Shown in pieces: positions 14,668-24,875 of a stretch of 39,854 bases of DNA. Position 1 is the stretch's first letter. Each line of letters opens with the position of its first letter. This DNA comes from Kayfunavirus LI10P1, in the sequence record OZ035803.1. One strand, written 5' to 3'. The notes beneath the pieces were generated by a model. That model did not search any database. It saw nothing but the letters and a program-made list of their open reading frames with translations, and had not been told where the DNA came from. Position numbers and translations under genes: made by a program.

Positions 14668-14685
14668 ACTATCACCTTAGGGATG
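14663..14685 (+). promoter_or_regulatory. Weak or variant phage RNAP promoter upstream of gene 4
   Basis: CCTAAACTATCACCTTA-GGGATG: upstream half is consensus, but two mismatches in the -4/-3 melting region. Confidence 0.4.
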
Positions 14686-14732
14686 GGACAATAAGTCCTG
14701 TCCCTTTGTTCGCATTCGTGATTAAGGAGTGA

Positions 14733-16436
<1,704 letters not shown>

Positions 16437-16451
16437 ATGTCAATGCCCTGA

Positions 16452-16652
16452 GTGCGACTGGAAGTCACCATACGGAGGACACCATTAGTGTTTAAGAAAC
16501 TTAAAGCTCGCTACCATCGGTTCATGTACAAATGGTGGAGTGATGAAGCAACCTGCCTGTCCAGCATTCTGGGAGACCAAAGGTTCGACTCTAAGGCATG
16601 GAAGAGAGCTAACCGGAAGTTTATGTATCACTTCTTGCGTACAGACTTCTAG
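16452..16652 (+). CDS. Hypothetical small basic protein between genes 4 and 5 (start uncertain; GTG 16487 after GGAGGA is an alternative)
   Basis: Track ORF of 66 aa; basic and Trp-rich (ARYHRFMYKWW); occupies the position of T7 genes 4.3-4.7 without recognised similarity. Confidence 0.4.
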   Translation: MRLEVTIRRTPLVFKKLKARYHRFMYKWWSDEATCLSSILGDQRFDSKAWKRANRKFMYHFLRTDF

Positions 16653-16654
16653 GT

Positions 16655-16700
16655 CTAGACTCAAGGTCATTCACATCGAGTGGCCTTTATGATTAGACTA
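16655..16700 (+). promoter_or_regulatory. Conserved RNA hairpin (RNase III-like) upstream of the DNA polymerase gene
   Basis: AAGGTCA (16663-16669) pairs with TGGCCTT (16681-16687) with an 11-nt loop, followed by TATGATTAGA; third copy of the family. Confidence 0.4.
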
Positions 16701-16715
16701 AACGGAGGATTAACC

Positions 16716-18887
16716 ATGTTTGACCTTAAGAGTATCTGGGGTTCTGACATAGAGACCAACGGTCTCCTTGATACAGTCTCCCAGTTTCACTGTGGGGTTC
16801 TGATTAACGCCGAGTCGAATGAGACCCTTAAGTATGGGGTAGCTCCGATGGTAGGTATCGTCGGTGGCTTCAAAGAGTATGTACAGAAGGTGGAAGAGAT
16901 TGCCGCATCACCTGATGGTATGCTGGTATTCCACAACGGTATCAACTATGACGTCCCGGCTATTGACAAGCTAAAGCGTCTGTACTTTGGGAAACGCTTT
17001 AACTTCCCGAAACACAAGATGATTGATACCTTGGTGCTGGGACGCTTGATGTATCCAAACATTAAGTTCTCAGACATGGGCGCAGTGAAAGCTGGTCGTC
17101 TGCCACCTAAGATGATGGGACGCCAGTCTCTTGAGGCTTGGGGCTATCGTCTCGGTGAGATGAAAGGTGAGTACAAACACGATTACGTTGCCAAGTGCAA
17201 GGCTGAAGGTATCGAATATAAGGCTGGGGACGAATGGTTGTTCCCATCTCAGGAGATGCTAGACTATAACGTTCAAGACGTTGTGGTCACACTGGCGTTG
17301 TTCAAGAAGTTCCTGACTGACAAGTATTACTTCCAGTCTGAACAGTTCGCTTTCGACCAGATTTATGCGTTGCGTCTGGAACATGATGCTGCGTGGACCT
17401 GTGCGAAGATGGAACGTAACGGCTATCCGATGAACACCGAGATGGTCGAAGGCTTATATCGTGAACTCACCGTCAAACGTGCAGAGTTGTTGGACAAGCT
17501 GCGTTCGACTTTCGGTAGCTGGTATGCACCAAAGGGAGGCAAGGAGTTCTTCAAGCACCCACGGACAGGCAAGGACCTTCCGAAGTATCCGCGAGTCGTG
17601 TATCCTAAGGTCGGGTCAGTATTCAAGAAGCCGAAGAACAAAGCTCAACGATTAGGTCTGGAGCCTTGCGAGTTCGACTCACGAGACACGATGGAAGGAG
17701 CACCGTTCACACCTATCACTTACGTTGAGTTTAATCCGGGAAGCGGAGACCACTTAGCGAAAGTCCTGATGGAGCGTGGCTGGGAGCCTGTAGACTTCAC
17801 TGACACCGGGAAACCTGTAGTCGATGACGAGACGTTAGAACACGTTAAGTTACCAGACGCAGAGGCTCAGGCTTGCGTAGAGCTGGTCCGTGAGTATCTG
17901 GTAGTCCAGAAGCGCATCGGTCAGGCGGCTGAAGGTAAGAACGCATGGTTGAAACTTGTAGGTCCAGACGGACGTATGCACGGTGCAATCAACCCATGTG
18001 GTGCAGTAACCGGACGTGCGACCCATAGTACACCAAACATGGCTCAGGTCCCGGCTAACGGTGCACCATACGGTGAGACTTGCCGTGGTGCTTTCGGTGC
18101 AGCTTGGAACAAGAAGGACGGTGAACCAGACCCTTGGATTCAAGTGGGCGTGGATGCCTCAGGTCTTGAGCTTCGTTGTCTGGGGAACCGAGCGGCCCCG
18201 TTTGATGGTGGAGCCTATGCGAAGACTGTGGTAGAAGGGGACATCCACTGGGCCAACGCAGTAAACGCTGGGTTAGCACCTAACGTCCCACGCGATAAGT
18301 CGAACCACGACCATGAGGCTTTCCGTAACAACGCTAAGACGTTCATCTATGCGTTCCTGTATGGTGCAGGGGCCGCTAAGATTGGACTGATAGTCGGTGG
18401 CGGTAAGAAGGAAGGTTCAGCTCTCATGAAGAAATTCATTGAGGGTACACCAGCTATCAAGGATCTGCGAGAGGCTGTGAGTAATACGTTAATCTCAGAC
18501 TCTAAGTGGGTGGATGGAGAGAACATCGTCAAGTGGAAACGCCGTTGGTTGCGTGGACTTGATGGTCGCCGTATCCACATCCGGTCGCCGCACTCAGCAC
18601 TTAACGCCTTACTTCAGGGTGATGGTGCGGTGGTCTGTAAAACGTGGTTCACTTGGCTTGAGAGGAACCTAGAAGCTAAAGGCTACGTGCATGGCTGGGA
18701 TGGTGACTTTGCGATTATGGCTTTTGTCCATGATGAAGTTCAAGTTGCCGCAAGGACTATGGAAATAGCTGAGGACATCGTTAAGGTGGCGCAATCCACA
18801 ATGCGAGAGGTTGGAGAGTTCTACAAGTTCAAGTGTGTACTTGACACCGAGGGAAAGATAGGGGATACGTGGCGAGAATGTCACTAA
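16716..18887 (+). CDS. 5: DNA polymerase (family A, T7 gp5-like)
   Basis: ATG 16716 with GGAGGA 7 nt upstream (the track ORF begins at GTG 16680); exonuclease motif DIETNGL, LEAWGYRLGEMKGEY, DYNVQDVVVT, SWYAPKGG, PKYPRVVYPKVG, RATHSTPNMAQVP, DASGLELRC, NAKTFIYAFLYGAG, HDEVQV collinear with T7 DNA polymerase. Confidence 0.97.
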   Translation: MFDLKSIWGSDIETNGLLDTVSQFHCGVLINAESNETLKYGVAPMVGIVGGFKEYVQKVEEIAASPDGMLVFHNGINYDVPAIDKLKRLYFGKRFNFPKHKMIDTLVLGRLMYPNIKFSDMGAVKAGRLPPKMMGRQSLEAWGYRLGEMKGEYKHDYVAKCKAEGIEYKAGDEWLFPSQEMLDYNVQDVVVTLALFKKFLTDKYYFQSEQFAFDQIYALRLEHDAAWTCAKMERNGYPMNTEMVEGLYRELTVKRAELLDKLRSTFGSWYAPKGGKEFFKHPRTGKDLPKYPRVVYPKVGSVFKKPKNKAQRLGLEPCEFDSRDTMEGAPFTPITYVEFNPGSGDHLAKVLMERGWEPVDFTDTGKPVVDDETLEHVKLPDAEAQACVELVREYLVVQKRIGQAAEGKNAWLKLVGPDGRMHGAINPCGAVTGRATHSTPNMAQVPANGAPYGETCRGAFGAAWNKKDGEPDPWIQVGVDASGLELRCLGNRAAPFDGGAYAKTVVEGDIHWANAVNAGLAPNVPRDKSNHDHEAFRNNAKTFIYAFLYGAGAAKIGLIVGGGKKEGSALMKKFIEGTPAIKDLREAVSNTLISDSKWVDGENIVKWKRRWLRGLDGRRIHIRSPHSALNALLQGDGAVVCKTWFTWLERNLEAKGYVHGWDGDFAIMAFVHDEVQVAARTMEIAEDIVKVAQSTMREVGEFYKFKCVLDTEGKIGDTWRECH

Positions 18888-18896
18888 GGAGATAAG

Positions 18897-19211
18897 ATGG
18901 GAGGTGTGGCAACCTTGCGCTTCCATAAGATGCCTACTGGATGTATCGTCTGTGTATCACATCGTCGTAATCATGACGGATACTTTCGGTACACTGTAGG
19001 CTCTGCCCGTAAGCAGGGACGCAAAGCGTTTATGTTCCACCGATGGGTGTGGGAGCAGAAGCGCGGACCTATACCAAATGGCTACGAAATAGACCATTTG
19101 TGCCTGAACCGTGGGTGCTGCAACATAGAGCATCTACAGTGTATTCCAAAACGCGAACACGTCATTAAGACGAACCGTGAGCGCAAACTTGTTAAGAAGG
19201 AGTGTCACTAA
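18897..19211 (+). CDS. HNH endonuclease (homing-endonuclease-like; position of T7 gene 5.3)
   Basis: 104 aa; HNH-type motif GYEIDHLCLNRGCCNIEHLQ with additional Cys/His (CIVCVSH); RBS AAGGAG. Confidence 0.75.
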   Translation: MGGVATLRFHKMPTGCIVCVSHRRNHDGYFRYTVGSARKQGRKAFMFHRWVWEQKRGPIPNGYEIDHLCLNRGCCNIEHLQCIPKREHVIKTNRERKLVKKECH

Positions 19212-19510
19212 TGGCTATGACCAAACGCGCTATCGTAAGTTTCAACCTTAAGGCTGTACTTCCTACAGACCAAGAGGAAATCATCATTAAGGGTCTCCGA
19301 GAGCTGGCTAAAGGCGTTCACTCAGGTGAAATAAATCCTGATGGTAAGCAGCGCCATATGCTGACCATGTGGCTGACGGTAGGTATGGACGCAGTTATTG
19401 AGTTTATTCTGCGTGACAACTTACGGTCAATGATTAAAGAGTCTATACAGGAGTATTCAGACTCAGAGTTCTTCAGTGTCTCACCAGCTACTGTGAGGTT
19501 CAAGCAATGA
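19211..19510 (+). CDS. 5.5: gp5.5-like protein (in T7 binds host H-NS)
   Basis: ATG 19211 (MAMTKR..; the track ORF starts at GTG 19202); VSF, NPDGKQRHM, VSPATVRF parallel T7 gp5.5 as recalled. Confidence 0.8.
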   Translation: MAMTKRAIVSFNLKAVLPTDQEEIIIKGLRELAKGVHSGEINPDGKQRHMLTMWLTVGMDAVIEFILRDNLRSMIKESIQEYSDSEFFSVSPATVRFKQ

Positions 19511-19716
19511 GTGAATACTTACGGGTCCTAGCGGCCCTTAAGTCCTGCCCGAAGACCTTCCAGTCCAACTATGTGCGCAACAACGCTGCACTTGTGGCTG
19601 AGGCTGCGAGTCGTGGACATCTAAGCTGCCTGTCTATGGACGGGCGTAACAACGGTGCGTGGGAGATTACCGCTGCTGGCACCAAGTTCCTGAATCAACA
19701 CGGAGGCTGTCTATGA
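19507..19716 (+). CDS. 5.7: gp5.7-like protein
   Basis: 69 aa; LAALKSCPKTFQSNYVRNNAALVAEAASRGHLSC..GAWEITAAGTKFL nearly collinear with T7 gp5.7 as recalled. Confidence 0.85.
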   Translation: MSEYLRVLAALKSCPKTFQSNYVRNNAALVAEAASRGHLSCLSMDGRNNGAWEITAAGTKFLNQHGGCL

Positions 19717-19931
19717 GTCAAGACGTATCAGGACGAGAACTTAAGGTAGGGCAAAAGGTTGCTTTCTGCCTAGCTGGTAAGTCATACGCTATGCGTATAG
19801 GAGAAGTCGTCCGGGTAATGCCAAAGACGGTAGTCATCAAGCACGAGACGTATAGCCGCTGGAATAGATTGACCGAGGAAGTCGAAACGGTACGTGCCTT
19901 CTCTTCAGTTTGCATCATTGAGGAGGCATAA
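19713..19931 (+). CDS. Hypothetical protein (72 aa) at the position of T7 gene 5.9
   Basis: ATG 19713 overlaps the 5.7 stop (ATGA); the product is not acidic and shows no similarity to the RecBCD inhibitor gp5.9 as recalled. Confidence 0.5.
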   Translation: MSQDVSGRELKVGQKVAFCLAGKSYAMRIGEVVRVMPKTVVIKHETYSRWNRLTEEVETVRAFSSVCIIEEA

Positions 19932-20797
19932 TGTCAGAGAAAAAAATAGCTCTGGTTCTGGATGGTGACTATCTTGTCTTCTCTTCTATGGCTGCGGCTG
20001 AGGATGAGACAGACTGGGGTGATGACATCTGGACACTTATCTGCGACCACGCCAAGGCTCGTCGTATCCTTGAGAACACCATCGCTGAAATCGTTAAGAA
20101 GCGCAAGGCGTGGAAAGACGCTAAGATTGTGATGTGCTTCACCGATGATGATAACTGGCGCAAGTCCATCCTGCCTACCTATAAGGCAAACCGTAAAGGT
20201 TCTCGCAAGCCTGTAGGCTACAAGAAGTTCGTAGCCGAAGTGATGGCTGACCCACGGTTCAACAGCTTCCTGCGTCCTACGCTTGAGGGTGATGACTGTA
20301 TGGGTATCATCGGGACCAGACCTCAGATTGTCGGATGTGACCATGCTGTTCTGGTGTCCTGTGATAAGGACTTCAAGACCATCCCGAACTGTGAGTTCTT
20401 CTGGTTAACCACTGGTGAAATCCTGAGTCATACGACTGCCGAGGCAGACTACTGGCACATGGAGCAGACCATCAAGGGTGACACTACCGATGGATACGGT
20501 GGCATTCCGGGGATGGGTGAGGACACCACTCGTGCGTTCCTTGACGAGCCGTACTACTTCGTGCAGGAGAGCCGTGAGCTTAAGACTGGTAAGAACAAAG
20601 GACAGATTAAGACTGAGTGGAAGAAGTATCCAAAGCGTGAAGACATGACGCTGTGGGACTGCATGGTTACACTGGCTGCTAAGGCTGGTATGACCGAGGA
20701 GGAACTTCTGGTCCAAGCTCAGGTCGCTCGTATTTGTCGAGCCTCCGACTATGACCCTAAGTCCAAGGAGGTCATCCTGTGGACACCATCCATGTAA
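19931..20797 (+). CDS. 6: 5'-3' exonuclease (T7 gp6-like)
   Basis: 288 aa; LVLDGDYLVF, CDHAKARRILE, NWRKSILPTYKANRK, KPVGY, LEGDDCMGIIG, SCDKDFKTIPNCEFFW, TIKGDTTDGYGGIPG, KTGKNKGQ, TLWDC, AKAGMTEEEL collinear with T7 gene 6 exonuclease. Confidence 0.94.
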   Translation: MSEKKIALVLDGDYLVFSSMAAAEDETDWGDDIWTLICDHAKARRILENTIAEIVKKRKAWKDAKIVMCFTDDDNWRKSILPTYKANRKGSRKPVGYKKFVAEVMADPRFNSFLRPTLEGDDCMGIIGTRPQIVGCDHAVLVSCDKDFKTIPNCEFFWLTTGEILSHTTAEADYWHMEQTIKGDTTDGYGGIPGMGEDTTRAFLDEPYYFVQESRELKTGKNKGQIKTEWKKYPKREDMTLWDCMVTLAAKAGMTEEELLVQAQVARICRASDYDPKSKEVILWTPSM

Positions 20798-20923
20798 TTT
20801 ACTGGGTCGGACTTCTGGCCCTTTACTGCATGTACAAGTGGTTCGGGTCGAACAACCGCCCTAAACACTGAGTCTAACCGATAGTCATATCCTATCAATC
20901 CAACAGTCATCCATAGGTGAAAC

Positions 20924-20946
20924 ACTAAACTATCACTATAGGGACT
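20924..20946 (+). promoter_or_regulatory. Phage RNAP promoter (phi6.5-like)
   Basis: aCTAAACTATCACTATA-GGGACT; +1 G at 20941; 65 nt upstream of the ATG at 21008. Confidence 0.75.
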
Positions 20947-21007
20947 TTAGGACCTAAGATATGACTATAAGATAGACTTTAGTCTTAACTTAAAGAGGAG
21001 ATTCAAG

Positions 21008-21280
21008 ATGGCTATTAATGCTATTGAAAACGTTGTTAAGCAGTTACAGGAAGAAAGACTCGATGTCCCGAACATCTCCCAGTCTGCTATCCAGTTCCTG
21101 CACGTATTGTTCAACGCAAGCTACGCTGAGAAGATGGGAGCTATTAGTCTCCTCAAGCAGCAGGGCTACAGCGATGCGTTCATTGCCGGATTCATCAAGG
21201 GTCTCCAGTATTGCTCTGACACTCTCGACTCTGCGATTGCTATGCGTCGTGAGCTGAAAGATACCGTTCAGTTCGATTAA
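21008..21280 (+). CDS. Hypothetical protein (90 aa; position of T7 gene 6.5)
   Basis: RBS AAAGAGGAG; the in-frame alternative ORF 21018..21257 is rejected in its favour. Confidence 0.55.
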   Translation: MAINAIENVVKQLQEERLDVPNISQSAIQFLHVLFNASYAEKMGAISLLKQQGYSDAFIAGFIKGLQYCSDTLDSAIAMRRELKDTVQFD

Positions 21281-21294
21281 CTGTAGGAGGGACT

Positions 21295-21519
21295 ATGTGT
21301 TTCAGTCCAAAGATTAGCACTCCGAAGCCTTCGGTCCAAGCACCTGAACCAGCACCCCTGAGTGAGGAAGTTGCGTCAGTTGACATCGGGGCTGAATCGG
21401 ATGTGGACACCAACGAGACCAAAGGTATCAAAGACCTGAAGGTCAAGAAGGAGTCTGCAACTAAAGATAAATCGTCAGTAAGTCGCGCTATGCGAGCCTC
21501 TGGCGTCAACATGGGGTAA
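21295..21519 (+). CDS. 6.7: gp6.7-like small virion protein
   Basis: 74 aa; N-terminus MCFSPKI and EPAPL identical to T7 gp6.7 as recalled; RBS TAGGAGGG. Confidence 0.75.
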   Translation: MCFSPKISTPKPSVQAPEPAPLSEEVASVDIGAESDVDTNETKGIKDLKVKKESATKDKSSVSRAMRASGVNMG

Positions 21520-21523
21520 GACA

Positions 21524-21946
21524 ATGCTACCATATCTCAACTCACGCGAAGGTCGCCACATGTGCGCTTGTCGCCTCTGGGAAGACGGGCAGTCTAACTT
21601 CAAGTCATTCGAGGACTTCAAGGCTCATACTTACCGTATTGCTGACGAGTTCGACGGTGAAGAGTACACAATCTACGATGTCTCAGGTCAACCAGTAGCG
21701 TATCTCTACATGCTGGCTACCACATCTTGGCACCGACCGACTCCCGGTCTTGACCTTTCAATCGTCGCTATTCGTCGTGACTCGCAGTCCTCCCGCAAGG
21801 TTCTTGAGACTGTCAGGTACATCATAGACGAAGAGTGCAAGCGTTGGGGTCTTGGCTGGTATTCTCGTGTCAAGCATGTTTCCGGGTCGGTAGACATCGT
21901 AACAACCAAGTGCGTTAGCACGAACAAGGAGATTAACCGTGGGTAA
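21524..21946 (+). CDS. Hypothetical protein (140 aa; position of T7 gene 7)
   Basis: ORF with weak RBS; no motif recognised; start could instead be the internal Met at 21560. Confidence 0.5.
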   Translation: MLPYLNSREGRHMCACRLWEDGQSNFKSFEDFKAHTYRIADEFDGEEYTIYDVSGQPVAYLYMLATTSWHRPTPGLDLSIVAIRRDSQSSRKVLETVRYIIDEECKRWGLGWYSRVKHVSGSVDIVTTKCVSTNKEINRG

Positions 21947-22187
21947 ATCAATCAGTAAGGCCTTCAGTAAAGTAGTAAAAGGTGCTTTAGGGACCGTTGG
22001 TCTTGGTTCTAACGATGCACCTAAGGTTGTTGAGGCTCAGACCCCAGCAGCGCCAGTGGAAGTACCGAACGACAAAGTGGAAGATGTGGATACCGAAGCG
22101 ACTGCATCTGACGAGAAGAAAGTGAAGCGTTCCGGTAAGCGGAGCCTTCAGGTCTCTCGCACCTCTGGTGGCGGTATTTCTATATAA
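21939..22187 (+). CDS. 7.3: gp7.3-like tail or host-range virion protein; GTG start
   Basis: 82 aa; MGKSISKAFSKVVKGALG.. and C-terminal ..SGKRSLQVSRTSGGGISI parallel T7 gp7.3 (MGKKVKKA.. ..SLSVARSSGGGINI); AAGGAG 7 nt upstream of GTG. Confidence 0.75.
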   Translation: MGKSISKAFSKVVKGALGTVGLGSNDAPKVVEAQTPAAPVEVPNDKVEDVDTEATASDEKKVKRSGKRSLQVSRTSGGGISI

Positions 22188-22198
22188 GGAGGTGACGA

Positions 22199-23767
22199 AT
22201 GGCTGAACGTGAAGGGTTCGCTGCTGAAGGCGCTAAGTCAGTTTATGATAGATTGAAGAACGGACGACAGCCTTACGAGACCCGCGCACAGAACTGTGCT
22301 GCTGTCACTATCCCGTCACTGTTTCCTAAGGAATCAGACAACTCGTCTACTGAATATACCACTCCGTGGCAAGCTGTAGGTGCTCGCTGCTTGAACAACT
22401 TGGCTGCAAAGCTGATGTTGGCGTTATTCCCTCAGTCACCGTGGATGCGACTGACAGTCTCCGAATATGAGGCAAAGACCTTGAGTCAGGACTCAGAGGC
22501 CGCTGCTCGTGTTGACGAAGGGCTGGCTATGGTCGAGCGGGTGTTGATGGCCTACATGGAGACTAACAGTTTCCGTGTCCCATTGTTCGAAGCTCTGAAG
22601 CAGCTTATAGTCTCCGGTAACTGTCTGCTCTACATTCCAGAGCCTGAACAGGGAACCTACAGTCCTATGCGAATGTACCGCTTAGTGTCATACGTTGTTC
22701 AACGTGATGCGTTCGGTAACATCTTGCAGATTGTGACTCTCGACAAGGTAGCGTTTAGTGCTCTACCGGAGGACGTGAAGTCTCAACTCAACGCAGATGA
22801 CTATGAGCCTGACACCGAGCTGGAAGTGTATACGCACATCTACCGTCAGGACGACGAGTATCTACGCTACGAGGAAGTGGAAGGCATTGAGGTAGCAGGG
22901 ACCGATGGTTCTTACCCACTGACTGCCTGTCCATACATCCCGGTACGAATGGTTCGACTGGATGGTGAAGACTACGGTCGTTCTTACTGCGAGGAGTATC
23001 TGGGAGACCTCAACTCGCTGGAGACGATTACAGAAGCTATCACCAAAATGGCTAAGGTAGCCTCCAAGGTGGTGGGCCTCGTTAACCCGAACGGTATCAC
23101 ACAACCTCGTCGTCTGAACAAGGCGGCTACAGGTGAGTTCGTGGCTGGTCGCGTTGAGGACATCAACTTCCTGCAACTGACGAAAGGTCAGGACTTTACG
23201 ATTGCTAAATCGGTAGCTGACGCTATCGAGCAACGTTTAGGCTGGGCCTTCCTTCTTAATAGTGCCGTTCAGCGTAATGCCGAGCGAGTCACTGCTGAAG
23301 AGATTCGTTATGTTGCTGGCGAACTGGAGGCGACCTTAGGTGGCGTGTACTCAGTACAGTCACAAGAGCTTCAGTTACCTATCGTCCGTGTGCTGATGAA
23401 CCAGCTTCAGTCTGCTGGCATGATTCCTGACCTTCCGAAAGAAGCAGTAGAGCCTACTGTCTCCACAGGTCTTGAAGCGTTAGGTCGTGGTCAGGACTTG
23501 GAGAAGCTGACTCAGGCGGTTAACATGATGACTGGTCTTCAGCCACTATCTCAGGACCCGGACATCAACTTGCCGACCCTTAAGCTACGACTCCTGAACG
23601 CTCTGGGTATCGACACCGCTGGCCTACTCCTGACGCAAGACGAGAAGATTCAGCGCATGGCTGAGCAGTCGTCTCAACAGGCAGTTGTCCAAGGTGCTGG
23701 CGCTGCTGGTGCTAACATGGGCGCTGCTGTAGGTCAGGGAGCTGGTGAGGACATGGCTCAAGCCTAA
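22199..23767 (+). CDS. 8: Head-to-tail connector / portal protein (T7 gp8-like)
   Basis: 522 aa; GAKSVYDRLKNGRQPYETRAQNCA, TIPSLFPKESDNSSTEYTTPWQAVGARCLNNLAAKLMLALFP, YRLVSYVVQRDAFGNILQ, RMVRLDGEDYGRSYCEEYLGDL, VTAEEIRYVAGELE collinear with the T7 portal. Confidence 0.96.
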   Translation: MAEREGFAAEGAKSVYDRLKNGRQPYETRAQNCAAVTIPSLFPKESDNSSTEYTTPWQAVGARCLNNLAAKLMLALFPQSPWMRLTVSEYEAKTLSQDSEAAARVDEGLAMVERVLMAYMETNSFRVPLFEALKQLIVSGNCLLYIPEPEQGTYSPMRMYRLVSYVVQRDAFGNILQIVTLDKVAFSALPEDVKSQLNADDYEPDTELEVYTHIYRQDDEYLRYEEVEGIEVAGTDGSYPLTACPYIPVRMVRLDGEDYGRSYCEEYLGDLNSLETITEAITKMAKVASKVVGLVNPNGITQPRRLNKAATGEFVAGRVEDINFLQLTKGQDFTIAKSVADAIEQRLGWAFLLNSAVQRNAERVTAEEIRYVAGELEATLGGVYSVQSQELQLPIVRVLMNQLQSAGMIPDLPKEAVEPTVSTGLEALGRGQDLEKLTQAVNMMTGLQPLSQDPDINLPTLKLRLLNALGIDTAGLLLTQDEKIQRMAEQSSQQAVVQGAGAAGANMGAAVGQGAGEDMAQA

Positions 23768-23785
23768 ACTATCACTATAGGAACA
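23763..23785 (+). promoter_or_regulatory. Phage RNAP promoter (phi9-like)
   Basis: cCTAAACTATCACTATA-GGAACA; +1 G at 23780. Confidence 0.75.
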
Positions 23786-23864
23786 ACACCGTAAGTCCAA
23801 CTCTAGGGGAGTAAACTAGACGAGGCAGGTGTTGCCTATTAACGACTTAAAGGAGAATGACTCA

Positions 23865-24749
23865 ATGTCTCAATCAGTTTATGCCGAGTTCGGCGTTAGC
23901 TCTAATGCAATCACTGGTTCCGTTGAGGACCTGAACGAACACCAGAAGTCTATGCTTGAACAGGACGTATCGGTTCGTGATGGAGACGATGCTATTACCT
24001 TCAAGCAACTGGAAGCTGAAACCGAAGAGGCTACCGAAGAAGACGATAACGTCGACGAGACTGAAGGTGAAGAAGACCACGAGTCCGATGACGAAGAGTC
24101 TGAGACCGATGGTGAGCAGCCTGAGTTCATCGAACTGGGTGATGCACCAAAAGAGCTGACCGAAAGTGTCACCGCTCTGGATGAAAACGAAGCTGCATTC
24201 GACGACATGGTGTCTTCTGCTGTAGAAGCTGGCAAGGTCACTGCTGATGAAATTACCGCTATCAAGGCTGAATACGCCAAGGACGGTAAGCTGTCTGACG
24301 CATCCTACGCTAAGTTGCAGGAAGCAGGTTACACCAAGCGTTTCGTAGATTCGTTTGTCCGTGGTCAGGAAGCTCTTGCTGAACAGTATGCTGCTGGTGT
24401 GGTTCGCTACGCTGGTGGTGCTGAACAGTTTAATCGCATCCTGTCACACCTTGAGTCCAACGACCCGTCAACTCGTGAAGCACTTGAAGCTGCTATCGTT
24501 CGTAAGGACATTGCGACTACCAAAGCTCTGCTGAATCTGGCTGGCAAGACTCTGGGTAAAGCTGTAGGTGTTAAACCTCAGCGAACCATCACCACTCAGG
24601 CTAAACCTGTGGTCGCACCTAAGGCTCCTCAGACCGAAGCATTCAGCTCCAAGGCTGACATGATTAAGGCTATGAGTGACCCGCGATACCTGCGTGACGC
24701 TAAGTACACGATGGAAGTTCGCGCTAAGGTAGCTGCCTCAAGCCTGTAG
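23865..24749 (+). CDS. 9: Capsid assembly / scaffolding protein (T7 gp9-like)
   Basis: ATG 23865 with AGGAG 9 nt upstream (the track ORF starts at 23829); acidic Glu/Asp-rich centre; C-terminal GYTKRFVDSFVRGQEALAEQY and KAMSDPRY match T7 gp9. Confidence 0.9.
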   Translation: MSQSVYAEFGVSSNAITGSVEDLNEHQKSMLEQDVSVRDGDDAITFKQLEAETEEATEEDDNVDETEGEEDHESDDEESETDGEQPEFIELGDAPKELTESVTALDENEAAFDDMVSSAVEAGKVTADEITAIKAEYAKDGKLSDASYAKLQEAGYTKRFVDSFVRGQEALAEQYAAGVVRYAGGAEQFNRILSHLESNDPSTREALEAAIVRKDIATTKALLNLAGKTLGKAVGVKPQRTITTQAKPVVAPKAPQTEAFSSKADMIKAMSDPRYLRDAKYTMEVRAKVAASSL

Positions 24750-24772
24750 GACTAAACTATCACTATAGGGAG
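24750..24772 (+). promoter_or_regulatory. Phage RNAP promoter (phi10-like; best consensus match, upstream of the capsid gene)
   Basis: aCTAAACTATCACTATA-GGGAGA; +1 G at 24767; the GGGAGA initiation region is identical to the T7 class III consensus. Confidence 0.85.
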
Positions 24773-24875
24773 ACCAAGAGACAGACTCAAGGTTTCCCTA
24801 TTACTTCAGTCCATACGGATTGGGCATACAGTAAGTAATAAACTTTATCTTTCAATTGAATAGGAGAATTATCAT

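Noticed and set aside
21018-21257. Alternative-frame ORF (79 aa) overlapping the gene 6.5-like ORF
   Set aside because: The 21008..21280 frame has the RBS and an ordinary protein-like composition; this one is Ser/Leu-rich low complexity.
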